A DNA stretch of 34,987 nucleotides from an uncultured Gammaproteobacteria bacterium (GCA_964370875.1 CAYJLM010000002.1:1-34987), one strand, 5' to 3'. Positions 16,736-26,318 are shown, numbered from the stretch's first letter. Made by a program: numbers and translations. The notes: generated by a model from the letters alone, not told the origin.

Positions 16736-16766
16736 GCGCGCACCGACATGGGTTGTCAGTGCGCGC
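16736..16766. terminator. G+C-rich hairpin between convergent genes (terminator-like, no clear U tract)
   Basis: gcgcgcac (16736-16743) / gtgcgcgc (16759-16766) with inner gaca / tgtc. Confidence 0.4.
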
Positions 16767-16784
16767 TCGTGATGCTCTTCAGGG

Positions 16785-17336
16785 CTAAGCGACTTCCATC
16801 GCAATGCACTTTGTGGTTTTCTTGATTTCCGTGAAGCGGCCACTTTCGTTCATCTCGAGCGTGATGATGCCCACACGTCTATCGCTTCGAACCTCCTCGC
16901 CGGTCAGAATTTTCGCGAGTTCTCGCGGGCGCGTCGTTAGGACTATCATGCCTGCGCCTGGATCGGTCATGCTGGTCACGCGGAAGTACCCGCGCAGCGC
17001 TGCTGTCCCATCGCTCGGATCGAGGGTTCCGTTCTCTAGCAAGGAAATTTCGCTCCTCGGTTTGTGCAAGGTCTTGGGCGCATCGATGTTGTACAACAGG
17101 TCAAGTGCGATAGTGTCCCGGATGCTGCCACCGCGAAAGACCATACTCTCCATGATGTTGATTTGACGGACTGCCCGCCAGAATTTTCGGGCTACCATCG
17201 TCGCGTCGACTATGGCAACGGTCGTCTCGGTAAGCTTGAGCTTGAGTGTCGTCGTGATGGCGCTGGCCACGTTTTGTTCCGTCCTTTCGCAATAGAGAAT
17301 CGCGTCCCTGAAGGTTTCCTCCTTATTCCCAATCAC
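16785..17336 (-). CDS. hypothetical protein, 183 aa (GTG start as drawn)
   Basis: Longest ORF in a 680-nt gap between uvrC and dus. By eye more G+C-rich than its neighbours. No motif recognised, no convincing RBS. Confidence 0.45.
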   Translation of the reverse strand: MIGNKEETFRDAILYCERTEQNVASAITTTLKLKLTETTVAIVDATMVARKFWRAVRQINIMESMVFRGGSIRDTIALDLLYNIDAPKTLHKPRSEISLLENGTLDPSDGTAALRGYFRVTSMTDPGAGMIVLTTRPRELAKILTGEEVRSDRRVGIITLEMNESGRFTEIKKTTKCIAMEVA

Positions 17337-17377
17337 GCAAGCGCGACCGGAAAGATGACAGGATTCTAACAGATGAT

Positions 17378-17406
17378 TTGAAAAAATCCAGTGTATACAC
17401 TACACT
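17378..17406 (+). promoter_or_regulatory. promoter candidate for dus, would give a leaderless or near-leaderless mRNA
   Basis: ttgaaa (17378-17383), 17-nt spacer, tacact (17401-17406). The ATG is at 17413. Confidence 0.35.
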
Positions 17407-17412
17407 CCCACT

Positions 17413-18519
17413 ATGAATTTCTGGAAAAAGCTGAAAAAACCAATACGGTGCCTCGCGCCGATGGCAGATGTCACCGACGCGGCTTTTCGCCGTATTATTG
17501 CGAAATATGGGAAACCCGACGTCATGTGGACGGAATTTGTGTCTGTGGATGGTCTCTGTTCTATCGGACGCGAAAAGCTGCTGCCCGATCTTTGGTACAC
17601 ACAAGCCGAGCGACCTATTGTCGCGCAGATTTTCGGATGCAATCCTGAGAATTTCTATAAAGCCGCCCTCCTCATCAAAGAACTGGGATTTGACGGAATC
17701 GACATCAATATGGGGTGTCCGATGAAAAATATCGAACACCAGCACGCGGGAGCGACACTCATGAAGGATCCGCAGCTCGCCGTAAAGATTGTTCAGGAAA
17801 CAAAACGCGGCGCCGGCAAACTTCCCGTTTCAGTCAAAACGCGTCTTGGGTATAACAAGGTTATGATCGAAGAATGGATTTTGCCGCTGCTTGATGCGGA
17901 ACCTGCTGCATTGACGATCCATGCTCGTACGCGGAAAGAGATGTCAAAGGTTCCGGCGCACTGGGATATTCTCGGCGATGTTGTTGAAAAAATACACGCG
18001 CAGTATACGACCAGTAGAAACCGACCGATTATCATTGGCAACGGTGACGTAAAAGACATGGATGATGCGTATGATAAAGTAAAACAGTACGGCGTTGACG
18101 GAGTGATGCTGGGGCGGGCGATATTTGGGAACCCATGGTTGTTTGCGCATCCACCAATTGCGAAGCATTCCCCCTCGGGTACTTGTTCCTCAGGGCCGGA
18201 TATTTTTCTGCTGAAAAATTCCTTAAACTCAGGCCGTCGCCTTCCGTATGCCCCTGCGGACAAGAACCCGAGGGAGAGCTTCGCAATTCTCGGTACCCAT
18301 GTTCCGTCGCAAGAAGAAAAAATGTCTGTTCTGCTCGAACATACAAGTGTTTTTGACCAGCTCTTTGCCGGAATCAAAAACTTTGATATTATGAAAAAAC
18401 ATTATAAGGCATATGTATCCGGTTTTGACGGCGCCAAAGAGCTGCGCGTACAGCTTATGGCGTGCAAGACCGCGCAAGAAATTTCCAAAATTATTCATAA
18501 AGAATTTCCGTCACTATGA
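17413..18519 (+). CDS. dus: tRNA-dihydrouridine synthase carrying an in-frame element insertion of about 45 codons
   Basis: LAPMADVTDAAFR, DINMGCP, VSVKTRLG and GNGDV motifs. C-terminal helical domain KKHYKAYVSGFDGAKELRVQL. An extra segment follows GNPWLF. Confidence 0.9.
   Translation: MNFWKKLKKPIRCLAPMADVTDAAFRRIIAKYGKPDVMWTEFVSVDGLCSIGREKLLPDLWYTQAERPIVAQIFGCNPENFYKAALLIKELGFDGIDINMGCPMKNIEHQHAGATLMKDPQLAVKIVQETKRGAGKLPVSVKTRLGYNKVMIEEWILPLLDAEPAALTIHARTRKEMSKVPAHWDILGDVVEKIHAQYTTSRNRPIIIGNGDVKDMDDAYDKVKQYGVDGVMLGRAIFGNPWLFAHPPIAKHSPSGTCSSGPDIFLLKNSLNSGRRLPYAPADKNPRESFAILGTHVPSQEEKMSVLLEHTSVFDQLFAGIKNFDIMKKHYKAYVSGFDGAKELRVQLMACKTAQEISKIIHKEFPSL
18156..18288 (+). repeat. palindromic structured element, subfamily 2, copy b, inside dus
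   Basis: Arms 18156-18166 / 18278-18288 (11 bp) and 18172-18180 / 18266-18274 (9 bp). P2 cttgttc (18182-18188) / ggacaag (18258-18264). Core 18193-18260 is 64/68 identical to 7535-7602. Confidence 0.9.
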
Positions 18520-19247
18520 AAACACGGGCAATAACACTTTTGGTCTTTTGTTTTGTGGTACTGATCGGGGTCGGTATCTATCAGAAAATGAGCGCGAAAG
18601 ATTCAGGCACACCCGCGGTAACTCAAGAACAAACGACGCCAAGCACGCCGACAGAAGACCAGACACAGCAGCTCTCATTGACGCCACCACCGGCGGACAA
18701 GCCGGCTGAACAAATCGATACAACGCAACAAAAAGAATCATTACAAAAACCATCTATGGAAATTGACGCAAGCAAAACATACACAGCTGTCCTTCATACT
18801 TCTGACGGAGATATTGAGGTTGCTCTTAATGCGAAAGAAACGCCAATTACGGCAAACAACTTTGTCGCGCTTGCCCGCAAGGGATTCTATGACAATACGA
18901 TTTTTCATCGTATTATCAAGGGATTCATGATTCAGGGCGGTGATCCGAAAGGGGACGGCACGGGTGGTCCCGGCTATCGATTTGACGACGAGCCATTTAC
19001 CGGAGAATACACGCGTGGTACCGTTGCGATGGCAAACGCAGGCCCAAACACTAATGGCAGCCAGTTTTTTATCATGCATGCCGACTACGCACTGCCGAAG
19101 AACTATGTGATTTTCGGCCAGGTCACCAAGGGCTTGGATGTCGTCGACAAAATAGCAACGGCACCGGTGGCATCCTCACGTTCGGGAGAGCCATCCAGTC
19201 CTGTTACGCCAGTCACTGTCACTTCTGTTGAAATTAGCGAAAAATAG
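18516..19247 (+). CDS. cyclophilin-type peptidyl-prolyl isomerase with N-terminal membrane anchor/signal and a low-complexity linker
   Basis: FHRIIKGFMIQGGDP, GTVAMANAGPNTNGSQFFI. ATGA overlap with dus. Confidence 0.9.
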   Translation: MKTRAITLLVFCFVVLIGVGIYQKMSAKDSGTPAVTQEQTTPSTPTEDQTQQLSLTPPPADKPAEQIDTTQQKESLQKPSMEIDASKTYTAVLHTSDGDIEVALNAKETPITANNFVALARKGFYDNTIFHRIIKGFMIQGGDPKGDGTGGPGYRFDDEPFTGEYTRGTVAMANAGPNTNGSQFFIMHADYALPKNYVIFGQVTKGLDVVDKIATAPVASSRSGEPSSPVTPVTVTSVEISEK

Positions 19248-19256
19248 TTTTCCTCC

Positions 19257-20774
19257 ATGAAATATTACCTCACAACACCAATCTACTACGTCAACGATAA
19301 GCCGCACATCGGCCATGCGTATTGCACTATTATCAGCGATATTATCGCGCAGTACCATCGACTCAAAGGGGATGAGGTGTTTTTCTTGACCGGCATCGAT
19401 GAAAACAGCTTGAAGAATATCGAAGCGGCGGAAAAGCTGGACATGGGCGACAAGATACAGGAATACCTCGATATGCAGGCGTCCTTGTGGCAGCAGACGT
19501 GGGACTCTCTCGGTATCACTAATTCGGATTTTATTCGCACGACTGAAAGTAGGCACAAAAAAGGAGTCGCAAAATTTTGGAATCGCGTCGCAGAACAGGG
19601 CGATATCTATAAAGGGGAGTACGAGGGATTTTACTGTGTTGGGTGTGAAGAATTCATTCGTCCGACCGACCTGGTCGACGGATTGTGTGCAATACACAAG
19701 CGCGAACCGCAAAAGCTCATGGAGCGAAATTATTTTTTCTCCGCCAAAAACTATCGCGAACGCCTTCTTGACCATATCGAGAAGAACCCTGATTTTATCC
19801 AGCCAGTCAGCCGTCGCAACGAGGTTATCAATTATATCCGCGATCACTTTGAAGATATTTCCATTTCTCGCCAGACAATGAAATGGGGAATTCCTGTTCC
19901 GGGCGATCCCGAGCAGGTGATCTATGTCTGGTTCGATGCCCTGATCAACTATTTGACGGGGATCGGGTATGGCTGGGACGAGGATCTTTTTGTGAAATAT
20001 TGGCCCGCGGATCTCCACTTGGTGGGCAAGGAAATCATAAAGTTTCATTGCGCGCTGTGGCCGGCCATGTTGATGTCGGTCGGTCTGCCGTTGCCCGCAC
20101 GTGTGTTTGCGCACGGATTTTTAACAATCGACGGACAGAAAATGAGCAAGTCGCTCGGCAATGCCATCGATCCGATTGAGATTTCTAAGGTGCACGGAAT
20201 TGACGCCATGCGATATTTTCTGATGCGCGAAATTCCATTCGGCGGTGATGGCGATTTTTCGTATGAACGGTTTTCCCAGCGCTATGAAAGCGATTTGGCA
20301 AAGGGTGTCGGTAACTTTGTTGCGCGCGTCATGGCGATGGCGGAAAAATGTGAAGACGGCGCCCTCGTTAGTGTCCAAGACGCTGACAGCGGCGCTATTC
20401 AAGAGCGTGTCCGTGAACTATGGCAGGAATACGAAGAAGCGTTTGAGCGTACTGCGCCGGATGAGGCGCTCGATGCTTCCTGGCGCCTTATTTCCTTTGG
20501 CGATCATCTCATAGAAGAAAAAAAACCCTGGACACTGGCAAAGGAAAACAAAGAGGCGTATACTGAAGTTATAAGCGTTCTTCTCGAATTGGTGCGGCAG
20601 GTAAGCGTGTTACTCTATCCTTTTATGCCCGATATGGCGCGAAATGTATGGCGCCAGCTTGGCATTGAGGAACAGCACACGTCACTGTATCTCGCGCATC
20701 TCAAAGAATGGCGCGCAGTACCGATTACGAAGGTACGGCGAGGGGACGCATTATTCCCCCTGATCAAACAATGA
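19257..20774 (+). CDS. metG: methionine--tRNA ligase (short form)
   Basis: HIGH-type motif PHIGHAY, KMSKS motif, and a CxxC pair (CVGC) in the connective peptide. Confidence 0.95.
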   Translation: MKYYLTTPIYYVNDKPHIGHAYCTIISDIIAQYHRLKGDEVFFLTGIDENSLKNIEAAEKLDMGDKIQEYLDMQASLWQQTWDSLGITNSDFIRTTESRHKKGVAKFWNRVAEQGDIYKGEYEGFYCVGCEEFIRPTDLVDGLCAIHKREPQKLMERNYFFSAKNYRERLLDHIEKNPDFIQPVSRRNEVINYIRDHFEDISISRQTMKWGIPVPGDPEQVIYVWFDALINYLTGIGYGWDEDLFVKYWPADLHLVGKEIIKFHCALWPAMLMSVGLPLPARVFAHGFLTIDGQKMSKSLGNAIDPIEISKVHGIDAMRYFLMREIPFGGDGDFSYERFSQRYESDLAKGVGNFVARVMAMAEKCEDGALVSVQDADSGAIQERVRELWQEYEEAFERTAPDEALDASWRLISFGDHLIEEKKPWTLAKENKEAYTEVISVLLELVRQVSVLLYPFMPDMARNVWRQLGIEEQHTSLYLAHLKEWRAVPITKVRRGDALFPLIKQ

Positions 20775-20787
20775 ACGTAGTTTTTCT

Positions 20788-21498
20788 ATGTTTCAAACAA
20801 TCGACATTGTCATTCTCGTCATCCTCTGCACGTTTTTTGTCATGGGGTTTACGCGGGGGTTGATCAAGCAAGTCGGTTCGTTTGCTGGGTATTTTGTCGC
20901 TCTATGGGCGGCAAACCACTATTACCTTCCCGTTGCCGACTATATTAAAAAAGGATTGAGCGGGTGGCAGCCGCTCTTGGCAGGCCCGCTTTCCATTGTC
21001 GTCGGATTTTTGGGAGCATATATTATCGCGGCTTTTCTGTGGCACTTGCTTATCAATCTTGTCGATGGAGTTTTTCGTCTGCTTTCTATCGTACCGTTTC
21101 TCAACATGACAAATCGTCTTGGCGGTGCGGCCATCGGGTTGCTTGAAGGAGTGCTCCTACTCAGCGCGATTGCTTTTGTTGTGTTAAACTTTCCGCTTTC
21201 CCGGGAATTTTCAGACAAACTGCGAAAGTCAACATTCGTTCCAATCCTGGAACAAGTTTCGGGAGTGGTTAAACCGTTACTTCCTTCGATTGTGCAGAAT
21301 GGACAAGGGCTTTTGAATAGCATCCCGGGATTGCCGGGGCAGGTTCCTTCGTTGCCCGCAATCGATATTAATAAGGTTGACCCGGCTGCAATTCGGCAAT
21401 ATATGAAACAGCTCAATATATCGGAAGAAGATCTGCCACCGGAGGTTCGCGCTCTGCTTGATCAAAAAGTCTCACCAAAGAATGGTGTTAAGAAATAA
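20788..21498 (+). CDS. cvpA: CvpA-family membrane protein
   Basis: Four predicted TM helices with an N-terminal pattern typical of colicin V production protein. Confidence 0.65.
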   Translation: MFQTIDIVILVILCTFFVMGFTRGLIKQVGSFAGYFVALWAANHYYLPVADYIKKGLSGWQPLLAGPLSIVVGFLGAYIIAAFLWHLLINLVDGVFRLLSIVPFLNMTNRLGGAAIGLLEGVLLLSAIAFVVLNFPLSREFSDKLRKSTFVPILEQVSGVVKPLLPSIVQNGQGLLNSIPGLPGQVPSLPAIDINKVDPAAIRQYMKQLNISEEDLPPEVRALLDQKVSPKNGVKK

Positions 21499-21509
21499 AT
21501 AACATAAGC

Positions 21510-21776
21510 ATGACATCAAAAGAACCAGGGTATGGCGAAGGGGTAACGCAGGAAGAATACGACCAAAAACTTTCCGATTTGCAGCGTCGTCAGAGTAAGG
21601 GTGGAAATCAGTGGAAGGATTTTTCTGAAAAGTTTGAGATGTGGGTGCAAGATGATGCGAGTGAATTAGATATGGAATACCAGGCTGAATTTACCGACTG
21701 GCCAATAGCGCGAGTGCGCGAAATACACGAAGAGCTTCCCGAGCTGGAGGAGAGTGATGAGGAGCGGGAGAGCTAG
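21510..21776 (+). CDS. small acidic hypothetical protein, 88 aa
   Basis: Tightly packed between cvpA and tatD on the same strand. Confidence 0.5.
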   Translation: MTSKEPGYGEGVTQEEYDQKLSDLQRRQSKGGNQWKDFSEKFEMWVQDDASELDMEYQAEFTDWPIARVREIHEELPELEESDEERES

Positions 21777-21781
21777 GTGGT

Positions 21782-22597
21782 ATGAAGCTCATTGACACTC
21801 ATTGCCATATTCAGTTTGACGCATACGATGACGACCGCGCTGCGGTCGCGTCAATGTGCGAGGAAAAAGAAACCGGATTGATTATCGTAGGATGTGACGA
21901 GAAGAGCAGCCGCCAGGCGATTGACTTTGTATTATCGTTTCCCAAAGAGAAAGAGATCTGGTGCTCAGTCGGCCAACATCCAACAGATGCCGGTGAATTG
22001 TTTGATTATAAGACGTATCTTGATCTTGCGCGTTTATCAAAAAAAGTCGTTGCAATAGGGGAGTGTGGGCTTGATTATTATCATGTATCAAAAGACGAGA
22101 AAGAACGTGCGGATGAAATTGAGAAACAGAAGGATTTATTTTTTCAACATCTGAATTTGTCGCATGAACTGAATCTGCCGCTTATCATTCATTGCCGCGA
22201 TGCGCATGACGATATGATCGAGAGTCTATTGCATCGCTATACTACCGCGTCAATACATCCCGGTCACCATGAGGGGAGAGAGTATGGCGTACTGCATTGT
22301 TTTACCGGTACCGCGCGCGACGCGCAGAGCTATCTTGATCTGGGATTTTTAATTTCCTTTACCGGAATCATCACGTTTTCCGATCAATACGACGAGGTCA
22401 TCCGCACGGTCCCGCTTGAAAAGATGTTAATTGAGACAGACGCGCCATTTCTTACACCTGCGCCTTATCGCGGCAAGCGCAACAGTCCCGCGTACGTCGA
22501 ATATATTGCAAAGCGCATTGCAGAGATAAAAGAAGTTTCGGTCGAGGATGTGTGCGATGTTACGACGGAGAATGCTCGAAGATTATTTCACCTTTAG
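21782..22597 (+). CDS. tatD: TatD-family metal-dependent hydrolase/DNase
   Basis: IDTHCH start, GECGLDY, IHCRDA, and ETDAPFLTP motifs. Confidence 0.9.
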   Translation: MKLIDTHCHIQFDAYDDDRAAVASMCEEKETGLIIVGCDEKSSRQAIDFVLSFPKEKEIWCSVGQHPTDAGELFDYKTYLDLARLSKKVVAIGECGLDYYHVSKDEKERADEIEKQKDLFFQHLNLSHELNLPLIIHCRDAHDDMIESLLHRYTTASIHPGHHEGREYGVLHCFTGTARDAQSYLDLGFLISFTGIITFSDQYDEVIRTVPLEKMLIETDAPFLTPAPYRGKRNSPAYVEYIAKRIAEIKEVSVEDVCDVTTENARRLFHL

Positions 22598-22742
22598 ATT
22601 TTTATGAAGAAAAGCAGTATAGGAGATTAATTTACGCCGGCAGGTACTGTACCGCCCTATCGTAGCATTAGCATTTTTGAAAACATATTATCGATTGGCG
22701 AATAAACATAATAAACCGCAGTAAAATAAATTTCTCAATGAT

Positions 22743-23426
22743 ATGAGCGGAGAAACACCATCAAGAAAACCATCGTTTGAAGAATATGCTGTATCTCCGG
22801 AGGGCGGTGCAGTGAGAAAGCTTGCCGGAGATCTTTCGGATTTATATTTTTCACAACTCATGAATAAAGAAAAAGGACGGGCAAACCCACCTGAGGAGCC
22901 GGCAGACCTAGTGTCGGGTGGAAGTACAACTGGACTTGACGCCCTTTTGGCACTGTATGATGAGCCGTCCTCGATCCGTGCAGATGAGGCAACGGCACTT
23001 GCTCGTCTTGATGAACTAGAGGATTCGTTAAAGAGGGGTACTATGCCGAAACAGTCATTCGGTGAGATCGGGGCTGACCACCCATCAAAGACATGGGCTG
23101 AATTTCGTGAAAGAGTGGCTCGCAACCACGATCTTGCAGGAAACTCTCGTTCGGCGCTCATGTCGCTTGCAGACTATTTGCAGTCGCGCATTGCGCTTCA
23201 CACGACAACAGTGACCGATATACGAGATCTTGCGAGTAAGCGTACACTCCCCACCATCACGGAAGACCCCTTGACGGCATTTCTTTTTATCGATCTCTAT
23301 GCACATGAACATAAGGGTGCGCAGGAATTACTTCACGAACATTTGACGAGAATCGTGACGAATATTGGAATTTTATGGAAGACATTGGCGTCTTGGATTC
23401 TGGTGATGATACTCATCAGGTTTTGA
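22743..23426 (+). CDS. hypothetical protein, 227 aa, C-terminal hydrophobic tail
   Basis: Longest ORF in the interval; no motif recognised. Confidence 0.55.
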   Translation: MSGETPSRKPSFEEYAVSPEGGAVRKLAGDLSDLYFSQLMNKEKGRANPPEEPADLVSGGSTTGLDALLALYDEPSSIRADEATALARLDELEDSLKRGTMPKQSFGEIGADHPSKTWAEFRERVARNHDLAGNSRSALMSLADYLQSRIALHTTTVTDIRDLASKRTLPTITEDPLTAFLFIDLYAHEHKGAQELLHEHLTRIVTNIGILWKTLASWILVMILIRF

Positions 23427-23477
23427 CGCCGTCCGCGCTTCTGGAGCGATATCTTTATTGGAAAAAGGTTTAAAAAT

Positions 23478-24392
23478 ATGGGCGGAGCCGAAGGTTTTTT
23501 TGGTGGTTTATTCGGGCGATTTGGTGGTGACCCGGAGCAAAAAAAGGCAAAATTTGAGTCTAATCTTTTTAAAGATGGTGTTTTTTCTTTTAGCGAAGAC
23601 AGTGTTCGTGCCGAGGCGAAAAAGTGGATATCTTCGCGGACAGAATGGTATCGAGATCCCAACGCCGCGAACGATATGGATTTGTCAGCGTCTCTGCTCT
23701 TTCATGAGCGCAATGAGCATGGTACAGAGCTGTTGTGGCAGAGGCGATTCAGCAACTGTCTCCCCGCTCCCTGGCTTAATGCGGAAGAGATTACAAATAC
23801 TCTTCAAGACGCACGCGAGGGGGGTATAACGCTCAGTAAGACGCTTATCGATGCGGCGGCAACTCATCCCGATCAGATTGTTGCCAGGGTTGTGGGTACT
23901 ACACAACGTCTAACCATCCAACAGCTCGCATGGGTGTTGACGCACCCTGCTCTAATAACAGAGCTGGACGGTAGTGAGAGTGAGTATTCTGAAATTTATA
24001 AAATTCTTGCCGCACAAAAAAAGTTTGGTATGACTGCCCTGGAACTGAAGCAAGCGCAGGACATCGCAAAAAAGCTACATGGGGAATTTTATGGAGAGCA
24101 CGTCCAAGAAGAAATTAGCGTATCGAAAGAAGGTATTAAGATAGAACGTAGCGAAAAAACAGAAGAAGAACTGACACTGCACGGCGTGGTCCATGTGGGT
24201 GGCGGTGCTTCGGCAAAAGAGCATATTTTTTTATGGGACGTGCATGAATATTATAAACCCGGCCTCAATGTAGATGTGCGCTTCTATTTGACAAGCGTGG
24301 ATCCGGAAAGCAAAATATTTTTAGCCAAAAACGAAGCAAAGCTGAAGCTGCTTTTGATTAAGCATCTGAGCGGGCTGGATAAAAAAGAATAA
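23478..24392 (+). CDS. hypothetical protein, 304 aa, Gly/Phe-rich N-terminus
   Basis: Longest ORF in the interval; no motif recognised. Confidence 0.55.
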   Translation: MGGAEGFFGGLFGRFGGDPEQKKAKFESNLFKDGVFSFSEDSVRAEAKKWISSRTEWYRDPNAANDMDLSASLLFHERNEHGTELLWQRRFSNCLPAPWLNAEEITNTLQDAREGGITLSKTLIDAAATHPDQIVARVVGTTQRLTIQQLAWVLTHPALITELDGSESEYSEIYKILAAQKKFGMTALELKQAQDIAKKLHGEFYGEHVQEEISVSKEGIKIERSEKTEEELTLHGVVHVGGGASAKEHIFLWDVHEYYKPGLNVDVRFYLTSVDPESKIFLAKNEAKLKLLLIKHLSGLDKKE

Positions 24393-24408
24393 TAAATAGC
24401 AGTGCTTT

Positions 24409-24597
24409 ATGGAAGTGAAAAAATCTATCCCGCCGGAAAAGCTCGGAATGATCGGCATTATAATAGGCATCGTACTTGCATTGGCGTTTATCGTTATCGG
24501 TTCGATATTTTTTGATTTGAAACCGGGCACCTCGACGCCGTCTGATTCGCAGTCAGAGCAGATTGACCCGTCACTGTACGCGCCAAGCGGGAACTAG
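24409..24597 (+). CDS. small single-pass membrane protein, 62 aa
   Basis: One strong TM helix (MIGIIIGIVLALAFIVIGSIFF). Packed within the same-strand cluster. Confidence 0.5.
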   Translation: MEVKKSIPPEKLGMIGIIIGIVLALAFIVIGSIFFDLKPGTSTPSDSQSEQIDPSLYAPSGN

Positions 24598-24625
24598 ACT
24601 TTCCTTTTTAGAAAAACGTTTTCTT

Positions 24626-25342
24626 ATGGACACCATTTCCTTTCAAAGAAACAATCATGTATTCAGATCATTTTTGGATTCGATGCGAAATGGTCCAGAG
24701 GAATATCGTTATGTTTGGCTCCTGCTGCCTATTGTCTTGTTTGGACCAATTTTTCTCTTTGGCGATGCGCCTGAATTTCTCTGGTTCCTTTCGTGGTACG
24801 GACCACCCTTTTTGATCATCACGATCGTTTCGACTTTTCTCACCTATGTGTATCTTTTGAAAAAGTCGCCGATTTATGCCGTAAAAAAAATCGTGTTTGC
24901 GGGGGGAGACGGGTTTGTGGTTATTGATAGAAATAATCAGGAAGTATCGATAGATTATCAGAAGATCATTGAGTTTCATTGCGAAACCTACCAACTGAAT
25001 ATGGCGCTTTCTCGTTTTGATTCGTCAGTGTCCTCCAATGAATTAAGTTTATCGCGGCATTTTTGGGTTCAATTTCACGATCAAAAGGGAAACGTCAAAA
25101 CCATTGCTCTCTCGCCCGATATAGCCGATCTCTATAAAGCCATCGCCATCATTGTGGGCAATATTCCTTCAGAAAAAAGAGGGAACGTGCGCCTTGTTGG
25201 AGGAAAGATAGGGGTTGATAGAACAACATCGTATTTCGGAAGAACAGTCGATCTCGATACTAAGAAGGGAAAGATTGTTCTGGTTGCGGTCGCGGTGGTT
25301 GTGGCTGCTATTTGGCTGGTGCTTTTTATCGCATTACGTTGA
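24626..25342 (+). CDS. hypothetical membrane protein, about 238 aa
   Basis: The internal ATG 24626 removes the overlap with the previous gene. Two N-terminal and one C-terminal TM helices. Confidence 0.55.
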   Translation: MDTISFQRNNHVFRSFLDSMRNGPEEYRYVWLLLPIVLFGPIFLFGDAPEFLWFLSWYGPPFLIITIVSTFLTYVYLLKKSPIYAVKKIVFAGGDGFVVIDRNNQEVSIDYQKIIEFHCETYQLNMALSRFDSSVSSNELSLSRHFWVQFHDQKGNVKTIALSPDIADLYKAIAIIVGNIPSEKRGNVRLVGGKIGVDRTTSYFGRTVDLDTKKGKIVLVAVAVVVAAIWLVLFIALR

Positions 25343-25358
25343 GAATATTTTATTGTTC

Positions 25359-26195
25359 ATGAAAAGCGTTATGAAACACCCTATCGTTTTTGCCCTTCTC
25401 GCGTCCCTATGTATTGTATCGCCAGCCTTCGGCGCGATAGAGCCGCCGTATAAAGAGATAGGGTACTGTTACCGTATTGATAACATTGATGACTACCCTG
25501 GATTCATGTTTGTTGCCCGATTCCCGGATGAAGAGGACATGCAATTAAGCGAGGGTGGTGAATGTTTTTCTCGATCGTCAGCCGATGAGATTGTTGCGCT
25601 CCGGAAAGATCGACCAGCCGAAGAAGCAATCCGGTCTGGCATAACGGCGCCGGTTTCGCCGGTCAAAGTGAATAATCTTGATGACCCGCGCAATAAGATA
25701 GATGACGTTTTTACTATTGATACGATTGACGGCCAAACATTCTCGTTGCGGCTTGCAAAGAAGATCGTTCGTTATGCCGATTGGTCTATCCGCTTGAAGG
25801 TCTATGCAACCGCAGAAGAGGGCTTGGCCGATCCTCCAGCTCCGGAATACCGGTATACTGACACACCCGCAAGCCCTTCAACATATTGGTTTGACGATGA
25901 GCGGTTTGGTTACGATGCGCAGCAATCCACGTACCGTTATACTCCCCAAAAATATGTTGCCCCACGAACTCTGGCGCGGAATATTATAAATATCATTTTC
26001 GTTGTACTCGAATTGGTCTCCTCTCTTTGCTTGGTTATATTTGGAACACGCTTTATTTTCGATAAGGATCTTACCCGTAGGAGACGCTGGAAAAAACATA
26101 TATATCACTCGCTGATTGCACTGATCGTCTTTTTTCTTCTCTGGATTATCGCCTACTTTGTTCTCACCGATGTTTGTTGCGCGATCCAGAGATAA
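25359..26195 (+). CDS. hypothetical secreted, C-terminally anchored protein, about 278 aa
   Basis: The internal ATG 25359 gives a signal peptide MKSVMKHPIVFALLASLCIVSPAFG. Two C-terminal TM helices. YRYT repeats. Confidence 0.55.
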   Translation: MKSVMKHPIVFALLASLCIVSPAFGAIEPPYKEIGYCYRIDNIDDYPGFMFVARFPDEEDMQLSEGGECFSRSSADEIVALRKDRPAEEAIRSGITAPVSPVKVNNLDDPRNKIDDVFTIDTIDGQTFSLRLAKKIVRYADWSIRLKVYATAEEGLADPPAPEYRYTDTPASPSTYWFDDERFGYDAQQSTYRYTPQKYVAPRTLARNIINIIFVVLELVSSLCLVIFGTRFIFDKDLTRRRRWKKHIYHSLIALIVFFLLWIIAYFVLTDVCCAIQR

Positions 26196-26318
26196 CGGGA
26201 TACCGGGGCACACTGATGATTCTTATCACGCTGGTCGGTCCCGCACTCCACGGGGTTATGGCTTGGTCAAAACGCCGAACATAATTGTCCCTGTCCGGAT
26301 ACGATTGTCTTGACCGAG

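Noticed and set aside
25819-25877. ccagctccgg plus gtatactg flanked by an 8-bp stem agggcttg/caagccct, resembling a miniature subfamily-1 core inside the secreted-protein gene.
   Set aside because: The tatact matches come from the protein-level YRYT repeat (taccg-tatact occurs twice). The central hairpin is not preserved, and chance 10-mer matches to the family are expected in 70 kb of two-strand sequence.
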